Positions 57,958 through 64,000 of a stretch of 64,000 nucleotides of DNA are shown piece after piece. This stretch comes from Candidatus Latescibacterota bacterium (GTDB lineage Bacteria > Latescibacterota > UBA2968 > UBA8231): assembly GCA_965208105.1 (NCBI GenBank), contig OZ242318.1, positions 4,064,001 to 4,128,000 of the forward strand. Direction: 5' to 3'. The notes beneath the pieces were generated by a model. It did no database searches, was not told the origin of the DNA, and worked only from the letters and a program-made list of their open reading frames with translations. Both the position numbers and the translations under genes were made by a program. How positions within the stretch are numbered: position 1 is the first letter of the stretch; each line of letters starts with the position of its first letter.

Positions 57958-59187
57958 TCAATGCCCGGCCGCCGCTCGAGCCAGGACGGCGGGCAGTTCC
58001 TCCAGAGTCGCGGATCGTTTCTGGAGCGGGCGTTGTTCCATGGTCAGGAAGGTCTCGCGGTACCCGGACCCGCTCACCACGGCAACCACGGTATCCTGTC
58101 TCCCGATTCTACCCGATCCAAGCAGCTTGGACAGTCCAGCAAGGCTTGCGCCGCTGGAGGGCTCAACGAAGAGTCCCTCGTTGCGCCCGACGTGGCTCTG
58201 GGCGTTCAATGCCTCGGCGTCGCTGACGGAAAGGAAGAAACCCTGCGAGGCACGAACCGCGCCGAGGGCGTCCATGCCGTCGGGCGGATAGGGGTGGGCA
58301 AGCTTGACCAGAATGGAGGGCGGTGCGTCGTGGAAGGGAAGGGCGAGCAGGTCTTCCCGTTCTTCCATGCCGGTATCGAAGGCGGTTTCCAGGGCGTTGT
58401 AGTCGCGCGGCACCACTCCGATCATCCTCGGCAGAGCCGAGATTCTGCCCATGGCCTCCAGGTCCCTGAAGCCGCGCCAGATCCCGGCGATGGTGCCGCC
58501 GCCTCCCACCGGCACCACCACCCACTCGGGAGCTCGCCCCAGATCCTCCACGATTTCATAGGCGACGGTCTTGTTGCCTTCGCTCTGGTAGGGATTGGCG
58601 CTTCGCGTGGTGGTGTTGGGGTACAGTCCTTGCTCGCGGCAGGCGCTGGTGACCTTCTCTACCATTGTGTCGATTTCTCCCTCCACTTCCACCAGGACAG
58701 CTCCCAGGGCGAACATGGGGTAGAGCCGCTGCGGCGGACTGCCCGCCGACATCACCACCACGCTGACCATGCCGGCGCGGGAAGACAGGGCTGCGTTGGA
58801 GATGCCGGCGCTGCCGGTGGAGATCACGATGGAGGAGCGGGCGCCCATGGCGCGGCCGTGGTTGATGCCGACCGACAGGGAACGGTCCTTGTGCGACCCG
58901 GTGGGATTGCGGGTCTCGTCTTTGAGGTAGACGTGGTCGAAGCCGGGGTATGCGCGGACCTGGAGCAGCGGCGTTCCGCCCTCGCCCAGGGTGGAGATCC
59001 GTTCCGGATCGGGAACGGGCAGGAGCGGCCAGTAGCGCCACATATTGCCTTTGAAGCCCTCGTCCCAGGCCACTGCCGCGTAGTCGTAGCGAAATTCCAG
59101 GTAGCCGTTACAGGCTGAGCAGACGAGGGCGGCGGGGTCCTGCTGGATGGTCCTGCAATCGGAGCAGACAGGTTGATAGTGACTCAT
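57958..59187 (-). CDS. Threonine synthase-like PLP enzyme (fold type II)
   Basis: N-terminal CxxC..CxxC, LGEGGTP, NPTGSHKDR, EGNKT, PVGGGG and VEPSSG motifs. Confidence 0.85.
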   Translation of the reverse strand: MSHYQPVCSDCRTIQQDPAALVCSACNGYLEFRYDYAAVAWDEGFKGNMWRYWPLLPVPDPERISTLGEGGTPLLQVRAYPGFDHVYLKDETRNPTGSHKDRSLSVGINHGRAMGARSSIVISTGSAGISNAALSSRAGMVSVVVMSAGSPPQRLYPMFALGAVLVEVEGEIDTMVEKVTSACREQGLYPNTTTRSANPYQSEGNKTVAYEIVEDLGRAPEWVVVPVGGGGTIAGIWRGFRDLEAMGRISALPRMIGVVPRDYNALETAFDTGMEEREDLLALPFHDAPPSILVKLAHPYPPDGMDALGAVRASQGFFLSVSDAEALNAQSHVGRNEGLFVEPSSGASLAGLSKLLGSGRIGRQDTVVAVVSGSGYRETFLTMEQRPLQKRSATLEELPAVLARAAAGH

Positions 59188-59306
59188 TGATCAATTTCCA
59201 TGCGGTTTTCCGGCGTCCTCCGGATCCAATCCGGCGCGCCGGGCTGAGATGATGAAGGTCCCCCGGATCGATGGAAATCGCCGTCTGCAGGGGCTGCGGG
59301 CGGCCG

Positions 59307-60494
59307 TCAGTCCCGGAAGGGATCGAATTCATCCTCTCCGGCCATGGCCACGCCCACCGGCTTCAGGGTGTGGAGGATCCTGATGGTCCCGCCGTGGTGC
59401 TCCAGCACCTGGGGCAGGCGCTTGTAGCAGTGGGGCGATTCGTCGGTGCCTGCGCCGCGAAGCTCGACTCCCGCTTCCCTCACCCACTGCTGCATCATTT
59501 CCTTGCTGATGATGCCCCGGCTGTCCCGCGCCCGTCTCCCGCGGCGCCATCTTCGCCTGCCCGCCGCGCGGGTGCGCGAGAGAACCCGGCCGGCCCCGTG
59601 CACCGTGGAGTAAAGCGCGGCCTTGCTCTCTTCGCTTTCCACCCCCTCGACGATCACCGAGATATCGCCCATGGTGCCGCCGACGAACCCCTTCTGGCCC
59701 GGCCAGGCGGGGGTGGCTCCCTTGCGCACCACCCAGAGGTCGCGCCCGGAGTGATTCTCCAGCCAGGCGAAATTGTGGTGGTTGTGCACCTCCTCCAGGA
59801 TCTCCGCGCCCATGATGGAGGCCACTTTGGCGCACACCCAGTCGCGTCCTGCGTAGGCATAGCGTCCCGCCATCTTCATACAGGCGACGTACTCCCTGCC
59901 GAGGTCCGAGTCGGCAGCCAGGACCACCGGGTCCACGTGCATGCCGTCGCGTCCGCCGCCGGCCTTGATGAAGTGGGTGGCGAGCTTGTGACCCAGGCCG
60001 CGGGAGCCGAAGTGCACCCCGCACCAGACCCGGCGGCGCTCGTCGACGAAGAGATCGACGAAGTGGTTGCCCGATCCGATGGTGCCCAGTTGGCTCCGCG
60101 CAAGGTCTTTCAGGGGGGCGGCCGCGCGAACCTCCCAGGCCGGGTCGTCGTAGAACAAGCCGTGGTCCACGGCTTCCTTGTTCTTGCGCCCGATGCCGAA
60201 GGACAGAGCGCTCCAGATGGAGTCCATGATGGCGGCGATGTCGGCCTCCACCGCGTCGGCGTCAGCGTCGAGGAGCACGGCCTTGTTGCCGCAGGAGATG
60301 TCGTAGCCCACCCCGGAGGGACTGATGCGGCCCTCGTAGGCCACAACTCCCCCGATGGGCACGGCGTAGCCCAGGTGGTGGTCGGCCATCAGGGCGGCCC
60401 CCTGGGAGTCCCTGGCGCAGTGGACGATCTGCTTCACGGCGTCCTCCAGGGGTGCGCCCCAGACCGGGACACCGTCGATGGTCCGGAAGGACAT
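59307..60494 (-). CDS. rtcB: RNA 2',3'-cyclic phosphate / 3'-phosphate ligase RtcB
   Basis: DHHLGY..PIGG, GYDISCG, GSGNHF, HFGSRG, HHNF, RKGAT, GTMG, HGAGR and DESP..YK motifs. Confidence 0.93.
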   Translation of the reverse strand: MSFRTIDGVPVWGAPLEDAVKQIVHCARDSQGAALMADHHLGYAVPIGGVVAYEGRISPSGVGYDISCGNKAVLLDADADAVEADIAAIMDSIWSALSFGIGRKNKEAVDHGLFYDDPAWEVRAAAPLKDLARSQLGTIGSGNHFVDLFVDERRRVWCGVHFGSRGLGHKLATHFIKAGGGRDGMHVDPVVLAADSDLGREYVACMKMAGRYAYAGRDWVCAKVASIMGAEILEEVHNHHNFAWLENHSGRDLWVVRKGATPAWPGQKGFVGGTMGDISVIVEGVESEESKAALYSTVHGAGRVLSRTRAAGRRRWRRGRRARDSRGIISKEMMQQWVREAGVELRGAGTDESPHCYKRLPQVLEHHGGTIRILHTLKPVGVAMAGEDEFDPFRD

Positions 60495-60603
60495 CTTCAG
60501 GTCGTCCTCCGCGCCGACGGATGTTGCATGGAGATTTCTTTCTAACCGCTTTCGCGCCCTGCATGGCGCCGGTGGAAGTCCGGCACCGCCGACTGGAGAC
60601 GAC

Positions 60604-61194
60604 CTATATGTGGGGGCCGCGTTCGCGGATGATTCTGAGGGCCAGCGCGGGATCGATCTGGACGATCATCTCCGGTTCGATTTTACAATTGCCCGGCAGG
60701 TCGAAGCCGCCCACCGCGCTGCGCGCGTGCCAGCCGGAAAGCGATCCGTCCGCGCCTTCCTCCGCCCACTGTGAGAGGGGTCCGCCGAATACGTCGTGAA
60801 AGACCTTGCTGTAGCCGTTCACTACCTGTGGGGTTTTCGGAAACGAGCCGCCGCCGTGGGAGTTGACCATGCCGAGGACCTTGACGCAGTACCAGACGTC
60901 GTTCAGGGTGCCGAAGGGGTGAAGGCCCCAGTGCAGCAAGCGGATATGGTTGATCCCGGCCTCGCGCCCTGCCTCGAAGCCTTTCTCGACGTCAGCGTCG
61001 TCGTTGGTCAGGGTACCGCTGCCTCCTCCGGTTCCGGAGGCGAATACCAGGCCGGAGGGGGTGAAGGCAAGGCCGCAGATGGCGAATTCCGCCGGAGGCA
61101 GGGCGTTTTCGGCGCTGCCGAGGTCGATGCCGAGGTCCTTGATGCGGTCGTAGACGTCGAAGTCGCGTTTCCAGGAAGCATGTAGTTCCGTCAT
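60604..61194 (-). CDS. RidA/YjgF-family protein (HARSAVG subgroup)
   Basis: LVFASG, VKVLGMVN, VVNGYS..F..VFG and HARSAVG..LP...IE.E motifs; GGAGG RBS. Confidence 0.8.
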   Translation of the reverse strand: MTELHASWKRDFDVYDRIKDLGIDLGSAENALPPAEFAICGLAFTPSGLVFASGTGGGSGTLTNDDADVEKGFEAGREAGINHIRLLHWGLHPFGTLNDVWYCVKVLGMVNSHGGGSFPKTPQVVNGYSKVFHDVFGGPLSQWAEEGADGSLSGWHARSAVGGFDLPGNCKIEPEMIVQIDPALALRIIRERGPHI

Positions 61195-61331
61195 CCATTC
61201 CTCCGTGTCTTGTTGGGGTCATCGGCCCCTGGCTTCATGGGGGATTCAATAATAGAGGGAGGCCGGACCCGGCGCAACCAGAGCCCTGTCATCCCCTCTG
61301 CCCCGGCGGGGAAACCCGCCGCAGCCGGGGA

Positions 61332-62498
61332 TCAGCCGGACCCCTCGGTCCCTGGGGACGGGTGCAGTCTGTGCACCCTGCCACCTTTTACCACGGTCAC
61401 CGGTTCGAGCTTCTGCTCTCCGTTGCGCACCTGCCCGTGGGCGTCCTCCAGCTGGAAGCGGCCCCGGCGCAGTTCGAAGATCACGGCGTCGCCCCAGGCG
61501 CCGACCTCGAGAGTGCCGATGCGGTCGGACATGCGCATGACCCGCGCCGGAGCGGCGGTCACCTTGGCGACGACGTCCTCCAGAGCCATGCCGAGATGGA
61601 GGAACTTGGTGGCCACCGTGGCCAGATCGTAGACCGGGCCGTGGAGGTTGTAGACGTGCAGGTCCGAAGAAATGGTCTGGGGTTCCACTCCCTGGGCCAT
61701 GGCGCGCTCCACCACGTCCCAGGAGAAGGACCCCTTTCCATGGCCCACGTCGAAAGTCACCCCGCGCTCCATCGCTTCATGCACCGACTTGCGCACCCGC
61801 CCGCTCTCGTCCAGGATTCCGCACTCCAGGGCGTGGAAGCAGTGGGTGAGGGCGTCGCCCGGGCCCATGACCGCGAGGATGTCGTCCAGGGAGTCGCACC
61901 ATGCGTCCTGTGGATGCACCATGATGGGCAGACCGGCCGCGTCGGCCGCCTCCCTGGCCCGGTGCAGGGGCGTCATGCCGGCGCGCTCGCTGACCAGGAT
62001 GTTCTTGGTCAGGCGCACCTTGACCCCGAGGATCAGGTCGCGGTTCCGCTCGATCATCTCGCCTGCGCGCTCCACGTCGGCGTACTCGGGAATCTCCAGC
62101 TCGCCGATCTTCTCCGTCAACATTCCCTGCGAGGAGATGTTGAGGTAGGCCAGGATGCGGGTCGAGCTCATGTCGATGACGTACTTGCGAAAGCCCGGGA
62201 ATGTGTCCGCTCCGGCCGAGCCGGCGTCCACCACGGTGGTTGCGCCGCGCTCGAGGCAGGTGGGGTCGGGCTCGATACCGTAGTGGCTGACTCCTGGAAA
62301 TACGTGGACGTGGAGGTCGATCATGCCGGGGGTGACAAGGCGTCCGCCGGCGTCGATGACCTCTCTTGCTTCCCCGGCGGGAAGATCAGCGCCGAGGGCG
62401 GCGACCCGGCCTTCGGAAAAGGCGACGTCCTGCCTGCCGTGGATGCTGCGTGCGGGGTCGATCAGGGTGCCGCCCTTGATGAGCAAATCGTATTTCAT
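61332..62498 (-). CDS. Amidohydrolase / dihydroorotase-like metallohydrolase
   Basis: LIKGG..IDP, PGMIDLHVH, DAGSAG, GVKVR, MVH, THCF, DVGHG and SSDLH motifs. Confidence 0.88.
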   Translation of the reverse strand: MKYDLLIKGGTLIDPARSIHGRQDVAFSEGRVAALGADLPAGEAREVIDAGGRLVTPGMIDLHVHVFPGVSHYGIEPDPTCLERGATTVVDAGSAGADTFPGFRKYVIDMSSTRILAYLNISSQGMLTEKIGELEIPEYADVERAGEMIERNRDLILGVKVRLTKNILVSERAGMTPLHRAREAADAAGLPIMVHPQDAWCDSLDDILAVMGPGDALTHCFHALECGILDESGRVRKSVHEAMERGVTFDVGHGKGSFSWDVVERAMAQGVEPQTISSDLHVYNLHGPVYDLATVATKFLHLGMALEDVVAKVTAAPARVMRMSDRIGTLEVGAWGDAVIFELRRGRFQLEDAHGQVRNGEQKLEPVTVVKGGRVHRLHPSPGTEGSG

Positions 62499-62620
62499 GT
62501 CGTGGTCTCCCTTGAAATGTCGCGGCCATGCGGTTCGGAAATGGCTTGATCCAGCGCCTTCGGGGAAGTGGACCCCGGCTCCCTGGAATCTGCTGCAGGA
62601 TTATTCCAGGTGCGGGCCAT

Positions 62621-63724
62621 CTAGTGGAGCTGGCCTCGTCCCAGCAGGGGCCAGACGGCTTCCACCGACCCGCCGCGAATCCCGTAGATGCGGTCGTGCA
62701 GAACCACGGTGGTGTCGGAGTAGCCGACGACGAACTCGATCTTGTCCCCCACGCGCGGGACGAGGGATGGTTGTTCGAGCTCGATTTTGCCGTGCTCGGC
62801 GGCCAGGGATACCTCATTCACTTCCCCCACGGCGATGGGCTCGGGAATGTCGGAGTCGCAGCTCATGGTCTTGCGGCCGGCGTCGCAGACGATGCGCGTG
62901 GGCGTCGCCCTGCTGGTGACCGTGGACAGGACGGTCAGGGCGTAGTGGTGCTCGACGCCGAAGGTCTTGCGGTAGCGCACGTCGCAGTAGATGCCGCCTC
63001 CCGCCTCGATTTCGGTGATGCCAGGCTGGTGTGCGCTGATCCAGTAGGTGCCGGTGCCGCCGCAGCTCAGGATCTCCATGGGGATGCCGTCGTCGCGGCA
63101 CAACTGCGCCGTCGCCGTGAAGCGTTCCAGCGCCTCGGCGACCATCCGGCGTTTCTCCTCGGGGTCCCTGGCGCCCAGGGCGTGGGATTCCCAGGTCATG
63201 AGCCCGGCCAGGCGCAGGCCGCGGCGGGGGGCGATGTTGCGCGCCAGCGCCAGGGCGGGCTCGCCGGGCTCCACCCCGGCCCGCTTCATCCCGGTGTCGA
63301 TCTCGATGAGGACGCGCAGTCGGACCCCTTTCTCCCGGGCCGCGCGGTCGAGGGCATGGACGTTGTCGACGCAGTCCACGGCGACCATTACGTCCGCGTG
63401 GCGGCGCAGATTGACCAGGCGGGCGATCTTTTGGGGCCCCACGATCTGGTTGGCGATGAGGATGTCGCGGATGCCCCCTGCGGCCATCACCTCCGCCTCG
63501 CCGAGCTTGGCGCAGGTGATGCCGCTGGCGCCGGCGTCGAGGAGCATGTGGGCAAGGGCGGGGGTTTTCATGGCCTTGGTGTGGGGGCGCCAGCGCACTC
63601 CTGCCTCCCTGGTGATGACGCGGGCCATGCGTGCGATGTTGGCTTCCAGTTTGTCCAGTTCGGCGAGGAGCACGGGAGTGTCCAGCTCCTCTTTGGGTGC
63701 GCCGATGAGGTGGGTCGGAGACAT
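62621..63724 (-). CDS. DSD1 / D-threonine aldolase family PLP enzyme (fold type III)
   Basis: LDTP, RPHTK, CAKLGEAE, EIDTG..RAG, GGTG, DAGRK and EHG motifs. Confidence 0.88.
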   Translation of the reverse strand: MSPTHLIGAPKEELDTPVLLAELDKLEANIARMARVITREAGVRWRPHTKAMKTPALAHMLLDAGASGITCAKLGEAEVMAAGGIRDILIANQIVGPQKIARLVNLRRHADVMVAVDCVDNVHALDRAAREKGVRLRVLIEIDTGMKRAGVEPGEPALALARNIAPRRGLRLAGLMTWESHALGARDPEEKRRMVAEALERFTATAQLCRDDGIPMEILSCGGTGTYWISAHQPGITEIEAGGGIYCDVRYRKTFGVEHHYALTVLSTVTSRATPTRIVCDAGRKTMSCDSDIPEPIAVGEVNEVSLAAEHGKIELEQPSLVPRVGDKIEFVVGYSDTTVVLHDRIYGIRGGSVEAVWPLLGRGQLH

Positions 63725-63748
63725 GAGGTCGCTCCTATTCTCTTCCGG

Positions 63749-64000
63749 TCACTTGAGGTTCCCCTCCAGTTCCACCAGGACCACCTCGTGGAGGTCAACC
63801 CGGGGCACGGTGATGGCAGCCGGCGCGCCCGAGAGGGGCAGGTCCGCGTTCTGCAGCGGCAGGCGGGCGGACAGGGGGTTGAGGCCGTCGAAGCGGATTC
63901 GCACCTCGTGAATGGGGTTGACCTCGAAGGGGGCGTGGAAGGTGGCCTGCAGGTCGTCGTAGTGGTCGCGGTCGGTGACCTGCCAGGGGAGCAGGGGAAC
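63749..64000 (-). CDS. C-terminal part of a gene that starts beyond the window's right edge
   Basis: Manual minus-strand translation ends ...AITVPRVDLHEVVLVELEGNLK* (TGA at 63749-63751), 24 bp before the next start. Confidence 0.6.
   Translation of the reverse strand, partial: VPLLPWQVTDRDHYDDLQATFHAPFEVNPIHEVRIRFDGLNPLSARLPLQNADLPLSGAPAAITVPRVDLHEVVLVELEGNLK

Noticed and set aside
60495-60603. Y RNA or tRNA-like element next to rtcB
   Set aside because: No cloverleaf or T-arm consensus visible, and no Ro60/TROVE gene in the window.

Overview
GC-rich bacterial genomic window with no rRNA, tRNA or CRISPR array visible. The gene content (a complete sup-type PKS cluster, tandem PhyH-family dioxygenases, a microcompartment locus, and a cohesin/dockerin surface protein with an FlgD-Ig-type C-terminal domain) points to a marine-sponge symbiont, possibly Latescibacterota/PAUC34f- or Poribacteria-like; this placement is inference. 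Left to right: (1) a truncated outer-membrane efflux lipoprotein, an ABC binding protein, an acyltransferase-3 and the supEDCBA cluster (supA = 3420-aa KS-AT-DH-cMT-ER-KR-ACP-KS-AT*); (2) a secreted LTD/cohesin/dockerin protein; (3) leuD-leuB-cimA-argJ-aminotransferase-accA and queC/queF; (4) a co-oriented run from 30.5 to 42.2 kb: dimethylglycine dehydrogenase-like, betaine-homocysteine methyltransferase-like, ispH, a bacterial microcompartment (BMC) locus and a glycine/D-amino-acid oxidase; (5) a split-FeoB/DtxR metal uptake operon with an operator palindrome; (6) catabolic oxidoreductases and hydrolases, two PhyH paralogues, RtcB, RidA and PLP enzymes. The strongest novelty candidate is the BMC locus. 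It has no recognisable signature enzyme, encodes a four-domain BMC shell protein overlapping a two-domain one (4+2 = 6, a possible heterodimeric pseudohexamer), and encodes a Cys-rich protein with an encapsulation-peptide-like tail. A 168-bp palindromic MITE-like element occurs twice, plus one solo end, always at a CTAG at a gene's 3' end. All calls are from motif recognition by eye; no database searches were run.
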